A program made the translations under genes and the position numbers. DNA of 64,000 nucleotides from positions 1,248,001 through 1,312,000 of the forward strand of contig OY843751.1 of NCBI GenBank assembly GCA_963693055.1, in the 5' to 3' direction. Source of the DNA: a bacterium. Its GTDB lineage: Bacteria > Zhuqueibacterota > Zhuqueibacteria > Residuimicrobiales > Krinioviventaceae. Below, piece after piece: positions 49,257 through 57,536 of the stretch. Below the pieces are notes generated by a model, which saw only the letters and a list, made by a program, of their open reading frames with translations, was not told the DNA's origin and did no database searches. Numbering within the stretch: position 1 is the first letter of the stretch; the number at the start of each line of letters is the position of its first letter.

Positions 49257-52193
49257 CTATTTTGTATGAAAAAGAGCCGAAGCCGGGATTTCCTGTTTAG
49301 GAATTCCCGGGCCTTGCCAGCTTACCTGGTTTGAAAAACCTCCAGCCATTTGAAAATATTGCTGAGAAATTTTATAGTTGCCCTTTTTGAGCGCAACAGT
49401 TCTTGATACTTCGTAAGCCGGATGGCCGCCATCGGTGTTGATGAATTCTTTGTCATCCATATAAAGTATGCTGCCATCGTTGGTTTTGTTATATATCGTA
49501 TAAATACCGTCTTTGGGTATTGCAAGATAGCCTGTATATATATAACCAAAATTCTCATCTCTGCGGCGATTTTTAATGTTAAAGTTTCTGGTGATACCGG
49601 CTTTGATGGGTTTAGCTTTTAACAGTTCTTTGGCAAACATGACCTCGGCTTCAATATATTGATACTCTAATCCGGGTTTTAAATCTTTACCTGTATAGCT
49701 TGTAAAAGGTTCATAGTCGAGTTTTGTTATAGTCTCTGCTACCGACATGCTGTTCAAAAGTCCTTGTTTTGCGGCCATGAAACGAACGGTACTGGTTTTA
49801 TTGATTTTAAAAGGACCTTTGTACAGGGTTGATTGAGCTGTTGGTTCTGAACCATCAAGGGTGTAATAGATTTTTGCATTTTCTGTATCGCAAAATAATT
49901 TAATTTCCGATGTTTCCAGAAAATAGCGTTTATCTGTACGTAAATAGGGTACTGCTGTAGCAGGAAGGAATTCCTGAGAGAGGGGACGGTCCAGTTTTGA
50001 GGTGCCCCAGCTCTTGTTGGGTTTTGCACCCATTTGGAAAACAAATTGTCCACCATTGGCGATTACACTGTGGTTAAACCATGATTTTGTAAAAGATTCA
50101 CCATTCAAGGCAACTGACTGGATGTATTTATTTTCTGAGGATATATTTTCAGCACGTACAATAAAATCTTTGCCGTTTTCAAGATGTACTGTTACCTGTT
50201 CAAACAGCGGACTACCAATGATATAGGTCGCATCTCCTGGGTTTACAGAATAGAATCCCATTGCGCTAAGTATATACCATGCCGACATTTGACCGCAGTC
50301 TTCGTTTCCTTCCATACCATAGGGTTGGTCGTCGTACATGGTATCCAGAATCTCACGTACAATTGCCTGGGTTTTATAGGCGGCACCCGCATAGTTGTAT
50401 AGATAAGCCATGTGGTGGCTGGGTTCGTTACCATGCGCGTATTGTCCAATGAGCCCTGTTGCGTCAACGGCATGTTCATCGTGCTTGGATGTTGTTGTAA
50501 ACATAGTATCCATCCATTTGATGAATGCTTTATCTCCGCCAATCAGTTTGATCAGTCCATTTACATCATGGGGTGCAAATAAAGAGTATTGATAAGAATT
50601 GCCCTCTACAAAGTGTTCAGTGCCCTCAGTAGGATCAAAAGGTGTAACCCAGGACCTGTCTGTGTTTTTGGGTGCCATGAAACCAATTTCCTGATTAAAC
50701 TGGTTTTTATAAAACTGTGCACGCTGCTGGTAGAGCAGAAAATCCTGTTTTTTTCCCAGTAATCTTGCCATTTCAGCCAGACACCAGTCGTTATAAGCAT
50801 ATTCCATAACTTTGGATACAGAACCGCCTTCTTTGTCAGCGGGTATAAATCCATATGTTGTATAATTGCCCAGGTCAGCCACCTCATTTTTCATAGCCTT
50901 GTATGCCAGTTCTACATCATAATCCCGAATGCCTTTTTGGTAAGCATCGAGAATCATGGGCAGGGAGTGGTGGCCAATCATGGAGCCAGAGTAATTTCCC
51001 CAAATCTCCCAACGGGCCAGCCGGTTACGTTTTTTGTACATTTCCAGTGAAGTTTTGATAAAGTCGTTCATGCGGGAAGGTTCCAGAATGGTGTAAAGCG
51101 GCATATTGGCTCGGAAAACATCCCATAGCGAATAGACGGTATAGCGGGTAAAATCTTTAGCTTTATGGACTTTAAGGTCAACTCCGCGATATTGTCCGTC
51201 AACATCCATAAATAAATTGGGGGCCAAAGCCGAGTGATACAATGCAGTATAAAAGATGCGTTTTTGTTTTTCAGTACCACCCTGTACATCGATTTTTGCG
51301 AGATGCTGTTTCCATGCATCTTTAGCATTTTTACGAATGTTTTCAAAATCCCATTTTTTGTTTTCTTTTGTAAGGTTCTTTTTTGCACCCTCTATGCTAA
51401 CCGCAGAAATACCTACTTTGGCAAGAATTTGTTCATTGTTGTCTGTGGTATAACTGATAAAAGCTTTAATGTTTTCACCCTCGGCTTTTTTGATGTTGGG
51501 AACCAGAGAGTCATTTACAGCAATACCAAAGGATTTAAAAGGTTTGGAGAATTTAGCATAAAAATATACGTGCTGATCTTCAACCCAGCGGATAGATCTG
51601 CGCATTCCGGCAATTTCTGTATCGCTGATGATCTGAATTGATGATGCAATTACACGATCACGATTTTTGAGATCAATAATGATATTTGCACTATCCGATT
51701 GGGGAAAGGTATAACGATGCAAGCCTGTTCTTTTTGTTGCAGTGAGTTCTGCAAAAATATTATAATCATCCAGTTTTACACTGTAATATCCGGGGGAAGC
51801 GGTTTCATTGTCATGGCTGAATGCAGAACGGTAACCGGTTTTGCTGTTTTCTTCATCACCCACCAGAACGTTTACTTTACCGATTGTGGGCATGAATAAC
51901 ACATCACAATATTCAGGTGCACCGGTTCCGCTGAGATGGGTGTGACTGAAACCCATGATTGTACTGTCTGAATAGTGGTAACCGGAGGAGCCATCCCAGT
52001 TTTCCATGCGGGTATCGGGTGAAAGCTGTACCATACCAAAGGGAACCACCGCACCGGGATAAGTGTGGCCGTGTCCGCCAGTACCGATAAAGGGATCAAC
52101 ATACCCTGTATAATCAACAGTGTTTTTTTGATTCGAGCTGCATGCTAAAAATAGTGTCGTGAGCAGAAAAAGCATTCCGATTGATCTTTTCAT
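49257..52193 (-). CDS. GH92 alpha-mannosidase lipoprotein with Fn3-like and PA14 C-terminal domains
   Basis: 'VDPFIGTGGHGHTYPGA', 'GFSHTHLSGTG', 'HGNEPSHH', 'GNEDCGQMSAW', 'IYYTLDGSEP', 'NDGSILY'. Confidence 0.95.
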   Translation of the reverse strand: MKRSIGMLFLLTTLFLACSSNQKNTVDYTGYVDPFIGTGGHGHTYPGAVVPFGMVQLSPDTRMENWDGSSGYHYSDSTIMGFSHTHLSGTGAPEYCDVLFMPTIGKVNVLVGDEENSKTGYRSAFSHDNETASPGYYSVKLDDYNIFAELTATKRTGLHRYTFPQSDSANIIIDLKNRDRVIASSIQIISDTEIAGMRRSIRWVEDQHVYFYAKFSKPFKSFGIAVNDSLVPNIKKAEGENIKAFISYTTDNNEQILAKVGISAVSIEGAKKNLTKENKKWDFENIRKNAKDAWKQHLAKIDVQGGTEKQKRIFYTALYHSALAPNLFMDVDGQYRGVDLKVHKAKDFTRYTVYSLWDVFRANMPLYTILEPSRMNDFIKTSLEMYKKRNRLARWEIWGNYSGSMIGHHSLPMILDAYQKGIRDYDVELAYKAMKNEVADLGNYTTYGFIPADKEGGSVSKVMEYAYNDWCLAEMARLLGKKQDFLLYQQRAQFYKNQFNQEIGFMAPKNTDRSWVTPFDPTEGTEHFVEGNSYQYSLFAPHDVNGLIKLIGGDKAFIKWMDTMFTTTSKHDEHAVDATGLIGQYAHGNEPSHHMAYLYNYAGAAYKTQAIVREILDTMYDDQPYGMEGNEDCGQMSAWYILSAMGFYSVNPGDATYIIGSPLFEQVTVHLENGKDFIVRAENISSENKYIQSVALNGESFTKSWFNHSVIANGGQFVFQMGAKPNKSWGTSKLDRPLSQEFLPATAVPYLRTDKRYFLETSEIKLFCDTENAKIYYTLDGSEPTAQSTLYKGPFKINKTSTVRFMAAKQGLLNSMSVAETITKLDYEPFTSYTGKDLKPGLEYQYIEAEVMFAKELLKAKPIKAGITRNFNIKNRRRDENFGYIYTGYLAIPKDGIYTIYNKTNDGSILYMDDKEFINTDGGHPAYEVSRTVALKKGNYKISQQYFQMAGGFSNQVSWQGPGIPKQEIPASALFHTK

Positions 52194-52265
52194 AAAGCTG
52201 GATTCCTAAAGTTTTGGTGAATTTGCCGGCACATAATTAGGGGATATTTGAAAACTAGAAAATTA

Positions 52266-52294
52266 AATATAATATTGTTTTTATACAATGTCAA
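52266..52294 (-). promoter_or_regulatory. Sigma70-type promoter for the GH92 gene
   Basis: TTGACA-N17-TATATT on the minus strand. Confidence 0.6.
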
Positions 52295-52349
52295 TGTTTT
52301 TGAAATATGGGTAAAATTGACGTGAGAGCAATTTTTGTATACTAGAACG

Positions 52350-52613
52350 CTAGAGATGGAAAAGAATGATTAGTGCCGTGGTACACAATACTGCTGTTGA
52401 CCAATACCAGGGAGTGCAGATCTTTTTGTCTTTGTATTTGTTCAATAGAGATTCATAGACAGCCGCAATAAAGGGGGGAAATGCCAGTACCAGGTTGTGC
52501 ATGGGTTCTGCCAGTATACGTTTGGATACCCAGGCTAAAACGATAATACTAATACCTGTTGCCAGTGCGATCTGGATGTGGGGTGAAAGAAAAAAATCTT
52601 TAATTTGTGACAT
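52350..52613 (-). CDS. Small hypothetical membrane protein
   Basis: About 3 hydrophobic segments; start uncertain. Confidence 0.5.
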   Translation of the reverse strand: MSQIKDFFLSPHIQIALATGISIIVLAWVSKRILAEPMHNLVLAFPPFIAAVYESLLNKYKDKKICTPWYWSTAVLCTTALIILFHL

Positions 52614-52678
52614 GATAAAGCTCATTCCGGTTTTATAAATCACCCAGGGTGGATTATATCACCCTGGGTTTTTATGTT

Positions 52679-54043
52679 TTATGGTAATTCCAGTTTCAAT
52701 GCATCATCATAGATGATTAAGAGCCAGTCGTTTCCTCTGCCGTTTGTGGGGGGCGTAAACGACTGAATGCCTTTGGTATCGGGTCTGTGTACTTGAGCAA
52801 AGGTACCGTAACGCGGGTCCCACCAGACTTCGTGGTTGCGATCTCCGCTGATCCGGCTCTTGTCTACGGTAAATTTTTCTCCATAAGGAGAATAGATCAA
52901 TGCTATGGAGCCGTCTGCTGCAACTGCCGCTCTGATCTTTGCACCGCCATAGGTGGGGCCATCAAGAATAAAGTCTTGTGCTGGTACCAGTGTTTCAAAA
53001 GGGATAGAGTTATACAGTTTTGCCAGATAACCCATCTGAAACGAACCGGGATGATGAATAGCTTCATTCCATGGCACATTGGGAAAAATGGCGCCTTCAC
53101 GGTCTTTTGTCCACATTTGCCAGATGTTATTGTTGCCATATGTATGGCCGCAGGCACCTGCCAGCAGTGACCAGTAAGCAGCCTGACGGCTGTCAAAGTC
53201 GTCAATACGATCGTTGGGGTCCATATTTTTAAAATAAAAACCGGTAGGCATGGTTTCGTAGCGAGGTTCACCATCCAGTGTGGGTTTGGGGGGCGTTAAT
53301 GCATAGTCATGCTCGGCAAACAAGCCGTTGTCATGATCGTGCGCGCCGTGTGATGATTGTACCATGTTGAAATCGAGCCAGTCTGCATTGTGGAAATAGT
53401 CTGATGACAAGCCGGGGCCGCGGGGATGAAACGTGATTAAATGCGCACCGCCGTCACCTTTTTGTAATCCCAATGCCATAGATTCAATAATATCCAACTC
53501 GGTTTGAGTATGGGGATTGGTATCTCCACCCAATATCCAGATGATGGGTTTGTCTTTGTAGCGTTTACCCAAATACTGGCCAAAGGAATAGGCATTATCT
53601 TTATCAAAGATTTTACTGTCGCCGCTTTCGGTCCAGTAACTACCCCATGTGGGCAGCATCCCGATAAAAAGTCCCAACTCTTCAGCCTTGTTGACGATAT
53701 AATCCACATGCTTGAAATAACCTTCCAGAGGCTGGTTGGGGTTCTGGTCTTTTAATGGAAAGTCTCCATAGGCGTTGGGTTCTTTCATGCCATTTACTTG
53801 TGACAACACTACAGCCTGTATGACGGTAAAGCCCTTGTTGGCACGATCGGTCAGGTAAAGGTCTGCTTCTTTACGATTTAAGCGATGGAACAGCTCCCAG
53901 GCCGTATCACCGAGGTAAAAGAACGGGGTGCCGTCCGAATATTGCAGATACCGGCCATTTTCGCTAACTTTGAGCGTTTTGGATATGCTGGTTGAAGAAA
54001 TGAAAAGAATTGAAATCAGTAGGAAATAAAGAAAACGTTTCAT
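52679..54043 (-). CDS. DUF4038/GH140 (apiosidase-like) glycoside hydrolase
   Basis: 'PFFYLGDTAWE', 'GFTVIQ', 'WILGGD', 'TFHP', 'DGEPRYE', 'GHTYG'; start ATG 54043. Confidence 0.9.
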   Translation of the reverse strand: MKRFLYFLLISILFISSTSISKTLKVSENGRYLQYSDGTPFFYLGDTAWELFHRLNRKEADLYLTDRANKGFTVIQAVVLSQVNGMKEPNAYGDFPLKDQNPNQPLEGYFKHVDYIVNKAEELGLFIGMLPTWGSYWTESGDSKIFDKDNAYSFGQYLGKRYKDKPIIWILGGDTNPHTQTELDIIESMALGLQKGDGGAHLITFHPRGPGLSSDYFHNADWLDFNMVQSSHGAHDHDNGLFAEHDYALTPPKPTLDGEPRYETMPTGFYFKNMDPNDRIDDFDSRQAAYWSLLAGACGHTYGNNNIWQMWTKDREGAIFPNVPWNEAIHHPGSFQMGYLAKLYNSIPFETLVPAQDFILDGPTYGGAKIRAAVAADGSIALIYSPYGEKFTVDKSRISGDRNHEVWWDPRYGTFAQVHRPDTKGIQSFTPPTNGRGNDWLLIIYDDALKLELP

Positions 54044-54125
54044 TTGATCACCCTCTGTTATTATGAATCTTATAATAACACAAATCAGGATGAAATAATC
54101 AATAGAAATATAAGACTGGAAAGAG

Positions 54126-54157
54126 AAAAAAATGATGCGCAAACGCGCACCATTTTT
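54126..54157 (-). terminator. Terminator after the USP gene
   Basis: AAAATGATGCGC-AAAC-GCGCACCATTTT hairpin with flanking A/T tracts. Confidence 0.6.
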
Positions 54158-54167
54158 AAAAATAAGA

Positions 54168-54584
54168 TCAGTCGATAGTTACTACAAGGATGGGGCAGGA
54201 AACCAGGTCTGAAACGCGTTCGTCAACCGAGTCTGTAATGACTGCTTTGATCTGGCTTTTGGATTTATGGCCAATAATCAGCATATCGTATCCTTTTGCT
54301 GCATCGGCTATAGAGTTTGCATATTCATCACTTTCAACGATGCTGATTGCAATGTTTTTTGCCAATTCGGGTTGACCTGCTTTTTCGATCAGTTCACGCA
54401 GGTCTTTTTCTTCAACCAGTGGTAGTCCGTCCATCATCATATGGGCTTTGCCGGCAGCAGGATCGTTGATATGGAATGCAGATAATTCTGAGCCCAGTGC
54501 ATCTGCCAGTTTTACGGCTTCATTAACAATAGCGGTTTCTTTTTCAATACCTTCCAGAGCTATTAAAATCTTTTTATAAGGCAT
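54168..54584 (-). CDS. Universal stress protein (UspA family)
   Basis: 'YKKILIAL', 'DMLIIG', 'SVDERV...CPILVV'. Confidence 0.9.
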   Translation of the reverse strand: MPYKKILIALEGIEKETAIVNEAVKLADALGSELSAFHINDPAAGKAHMMMDGLPLVEEKDLRELIEKAGQPELAKNIAISIVESDEYANSIADAAKGYDMLIIGHKSKSQIKAVITDSVDERVSDLVSCPILVVTID

Positions 54585-54879
54585 TTGGGGTCCTCCAAGT
54601 CAGAGTTTTTGTATCATATTTTAATCATACCCTCCTGGTTGTTTGATTTTCTGATCAGGCGGGTAATGTATATATTTTCAATGTAGACAAGTTAGTCAGA
54701 TTATTTTTAAATTACAAGTGATTTGATTGGGGGGATGTTGTCTGAATTGGGATTTTGAGGATGAATGGATTTGGGTTCAAGTTTTTTGGGAAATGGAGTA
54801 ACTGTAAATTAAATTTGGTGCAAGATGTACAATTTGATATTGGAATATGTAGGATGAAATGTTGTTATGAATATTAATC

Positions 54880-54908
54880 TTGACTTTTTAAGACCTGGGA
54901 TGTAATTT
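54880..54908 (+). promoter_or_regulatory. Sigma70-like promoter of TA module 1
   Basis: TTGACT-N17-TAATTT. Confidence 0.5.
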
Positions 54909-54965
54909 AAAATGAGATGCAATTTTTAACGGTAAGGAGAGATATTCAAAATCCAAACGATTTCA

Positions 54966-55217
54966 ATGTTTTTTGGTATTATTGTTCGTATGTATTGCGC
55001 ACCTGGAGAACATAATCCGCCCCATTTTCATGCGTATTATCAGGATTATAAAGTCGTTGTCGATATAAATCATTGTGAGATTACTGACGGAGATTTTCCA
55101 CCCAAACAAGCAAAGCTGGTTGTAGCCTGGGCAGAATTGCGTAAAGAGGAATTCCTAGCGGATTGGGAATTGGCATCAAAGGGTGAATTGCCTTTCAAGA
55201 TTGATCCTTTAAAGTGA
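54966..55217 (+). CDS. DUF4160-family TA component (possibly degenerate)
   Basis: 'MFFGIIVRMY...EHNPPHFHAYY...LVVAWAEL...W...PFKIDPLK'; the expected MPTIS start reads ATC CAA ACG ATT TCA at 54951. Confidence 0.85.
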   Translation: MFFGIIVRMYCAPGEHNPPHFHAYYQDYKVVVDINHCEITDGDFPPKQAKLVVAWAELRKEEFLADWELASKGELPFKIDPLK

Positions 55218-55231
55218 TATTTGAGGTTTTT

Positions 55232-55477
55232 ATGTATTTGTCCGTTGTTAAAGTTAAACCATTAAAAGATTTCAAGCTGCTATTAACATTCGAAAATGAT
55301 GAGAATCGCATTTTTGATGTATCTCCCTATCTGGAGATTGGCAGGTATGCCGAATTAAAAAATGTATCTTTGTTTAATTCTGTAAGGAAAAGTTTTGATT
55401 CAATCCAATGGCCCAATGAACTTGATTTTGATCCTGAATTTTTATATGAGAAAAGTGAGTTAGTAGAGGATGTCTAG
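55232..55477 (+). CDS. DUF2442-family TA partner
   Basis: 'VKPLKDFKLLLTFENDE.RIFDV..L', 'IQWPNELDFDPEFLY'; start ATG 55232 after GAGG. Confidence 0.88.
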   Translation: MYLSVVKVKPLKDFKLLLTFENDENRIFDVSPYLEIGRYAELKNVSLFNSVRKSFDSIQWPNELDFDPEFLYEKSELVEDV

Positions 55478-55600
55478 TATAGAGGTTTCAAGATTTATTG
55501 AATTTATAGATTGCAAGTTTGAATTTGATGGTTATTTGTTCCTAATCCCGAAAATCTTTAAATCCTTTCATCATAATTCTGACGGTGAAGGTTTGTGATA

Positions 55601-55697
55601 GTAGATCACATTTTAATTACTCACCACAAGGTGAGCTATGAGACCGCTTTCAGCGGACAAACGAAATGAATTTCGTTCTACAGGGGATTGTATGAAT
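55601..55697. repeat. Composite repeat copy 1 (GTAG...CTAC REP-like element plus start of hairpin arm)
   Basis: GTAGATCACA...CCGCTTTCAGCGGACAAACGAAATGAATTTCGTTCTACAGGGGATTGTATGAAT. Confidence 0.9.
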
Positions 55698-55721
55698 TTG
55701 ATAGATAGGATTTTAATAATC

Positions 55722-55750
55722 TTGACTTTTTAATGACAAGAAAGTACCTT
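55722..55750 (+). promoter_or_regulatory. Sigma70-like promoter of hicAB
   Basis: TTGACT-N17-TACCTT; 17-mer TAATCTTGACTTTTTAA is identical to 54875-54891. Confidence 0.5.
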
Positions 55751-55812
55751 ATATAAATTATGTCTGTTGGAAAGCCGTTGTTTGAGATTTATTAAATCTA
55801 TCGAAGGACTAT

Positions 55813-56070
55813 ATGGGCAAATACGAAAAACTGTATATTCAAATTATGACGAGAATGTCAGATGCGAATATTCCGTTTGATTCGATGGTTATATTATTAA
55901 AGAAACTTGGTTTCAAAGAACGTATTAAAGGGGATCACCACATTTTAACCATGGATGGTGTAGAAGAGATAATCAACCTGCAGGCAAAGGAAGGAAAAGC
56001 AAAGCCTTATCAGGTTAAGCAGGTGCGCGAAGTGATTCTGCGATATAATCTCAAATTAGGAGTAAAATGA
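55813..56070 (+). CDS. hicA: HicA-family toxin
   Basis: 'ANIPF..LLKKLGF.ERIKGDHH...INLQ...KAKPYQVKQVR'. Confidence 0.9.
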   Translation: MGKYEKLYIQIMTRMSDANIPFDSMVILLKKLGFKERIKGDHHILTMDGVEEIINLQAKEGKAKPYQVKQVREVILRYNLKLGVK

Positions 56071-56282
56071 TGGTTTCAAAATATGAAATAATAATTTATT
56101 GGAGCGATGAAGACAGCGCATATATAGCGGAAGTGCCTGAATTGTCGGGTTGTATGGCGGATGGCGCTACATATCAGGAAGCACTGGCAAATGTGGAACA
56201 GATCATTCAAGAGTGGATTGATACCGCAAAAGAACTGGGACGAGAAATTCCAACACCAAGGGGAAGATTGGCATACGCATAA
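56067..56282 (+). CDS. hicB: HicB-family antitoxin (short, no HTH)
   Basis: 'YEIIIYWSDED.AYIAEVPELSGCMADGATYQEAL...GREIPTP'; ATGA overlap with hicA. Confidence 0.92.
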   Translation: MMVSKYEIIIYWSDEDSAYIAEVPELSGCMADGATYQEALANVEQIIQEWIDTAKELGREIPTPRGRLAYA

Positions 56283-56306
56283 GCCGGTGCTAGCTCAATT
56301 GATTTA

Positions 56307-56622
56307 TTGTCTGTATCAGGATTTATAGGTTTCAGTGAGGCCAGGATTTGTGCTTTTTAAAACTCAGCTGCTTTCAAATAATCTTTTAAATCCCGCACAT
56401 TCTGATTCTGAAGGTGATTGTTTGTAGATCACAATTTAGTGGGATTTACCGCCGCAAAACGGGCTAAGAGTCCGCTTTCAGCAGACAAACGAAATGAATT
56501 TCGTTCTACAGGGGATTGTCTGAATTAAGATTTTTGGGATTTATAGGATGATAAGATTAGGTTTGATGCTTGCTGTTACCCAATCCCATAAATCGTTAAT
56601 CCTTTTATCCTAATTTAGACAG
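56307..56622. repeat. Composite repeat copy 2 (long hairpin 56307-56414, REP-like element 56424-56509, long hairpin 56516-56622)
   Basis: TTGTCTGTATCAGGATT...TCTGATTCTGAAGG; GTAGATCACA...AACGAAATGAATTTCGTTCTAC; TTGTCTGAATTAAGATT...ATCCTAATTTAGACAG. Confidence 0.9.
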
Positions 56623-56765
56623 TGAAATAAGGATTCTTGGGTAAAGTTCAAAATTGAATATCCAATTATTATCAGTTTTTAAGAAAATATCAAACAAAAA
56701 TATCTTGATTTATAATTTATTGCACTATAAATTTAAGAAAATTCATTTAATAATTGAGAATTGAA

Positions 56766-56981
56766 ATGACATTTAATGAAATAGAGCAAAAATCACTTGA
56801 ATTAACAGCAAATGATAGAATACGTCTTGTTGAAAAATTGATAGCAAGTTTGGATAAACCTGATCCAGAGATCGAGGCGGCATGGATCAAAGAATCTGAG
56901 GCTCGTTTGGCTGCGTATGAAAAAGGAGAATTGAAAACAGTACCTTTGGAAAAAGTACTTGGGGAATTGAAACGTAAATGA
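56766..56981 (+). CDS. Addiction-module antitoxin (TIGR02574/Unstab_antitox-like)
   Basis: 'LTANDRIRLVEKLIASL...IEAAWIKESEARL.AY..G'. Confidence 0.9.
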   Translation: MTFNEIEQKSLELTANDRIRLVEKLIASLDKPDPEIEAAWIKESEARLAAYEKGELKTVPLEKVLGELKRK

Positions 56982-57266
56982 AATTATTTTTTTCTGAACT
57001 TGCTCAAAACGAATTACAGGATGCAGTTACTTATTATGATGAAATTTCGTCTTTATTGGGGGATGCTTTAATAAAAGAAGTCAAACAGGCTGAAAAGTTG
57101 ATTACTGTTTTTCCTTTCGCATGGACCAGTGTTGGTAATCATCAGAGAAAATATATTTTAAAAAAGATTTCCATATATGATGATCTATAAGATTTATGGA
57201 GACCGGATCATTGTTTCTGCATTTGCTCACCAATATCGTAATCTGGAATATTTTATTGATAGATAG
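56978..57266 (+). pseudogene. RelE/ParE-family toxin with a one-base frameshift
   Basis: N-terminus 'FSELAQNELQDAVTYY'; after the A-run near 57160 the next frame reads 'RFPYMMIYKIYGDRIIVSAFAHQYRNLEYFIDR*', ending at 57266. Confidence 0.85.
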
Positions 57267-57290
57267 CAAAATACCCTGAACTGTCCGTGG

Positions 57291-57521
57291 ATAGATCACA
57301 CTTTGGGATTGCTCACCGCATGGTAGGTTATGAGCCCGCTTTCAGCGGACAAACGAAATGAATTTCGTTCTACAGTGGATTGTCTGAATCAGGATTAGCT
57401 GGATTTGAGTTTTTTTTACATTGATATGTCCTTTATTAAATCCCGATATATATAATCTTATAATCTTGTAAATCCTACGCATCCTGATTCAGACGGTAAA
57501 ATCCTGTGCCAGAGGCACAGG
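57291..57521. repeat. Composite repeat copy 3 (REP-like element 57291-57373, long hairpin 57380-57496, palindrome 57503-57521)
   Basis: ATAGATCACA...AACGAAATGAATTTCGTTCTAC; perfect 14-bp arms GTCTGAATCAGGAT/ATCCTGATTCAGAC; CCTGTGCC-AGA-GGCACAGG. Confidence 0.9.
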
Positions 57522-57536
57522 CTAGGGACTTGAGAG

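Noticed and set aside
52638-52675. AATC-ACCCAGGGTG...CACCCTGGGT hairpin as another GATC-family REP
   Set aside because: Single hairpin directly after the DUF4038 stop codon; equally explained as a terminator and lacks the GGATAT tail
57102-57299. 65-aa minus-strand ORF
   Set aside because: Antisense shadow of the frameshifted RelE/ParE C-terminus
55644-57389. Three 54-bp direct repeats as a CRISPR array
   Set aside because: Spacing is over 800 bp and contains genes; no cas genes in the window
54731-57521. Classical integron or CALIN
   Set aside because: No intI and no RYYYAAC...GTTRRRY attC boundaries recognisable after the stop codons; a covariance-model scan is still needed to exclude it fully
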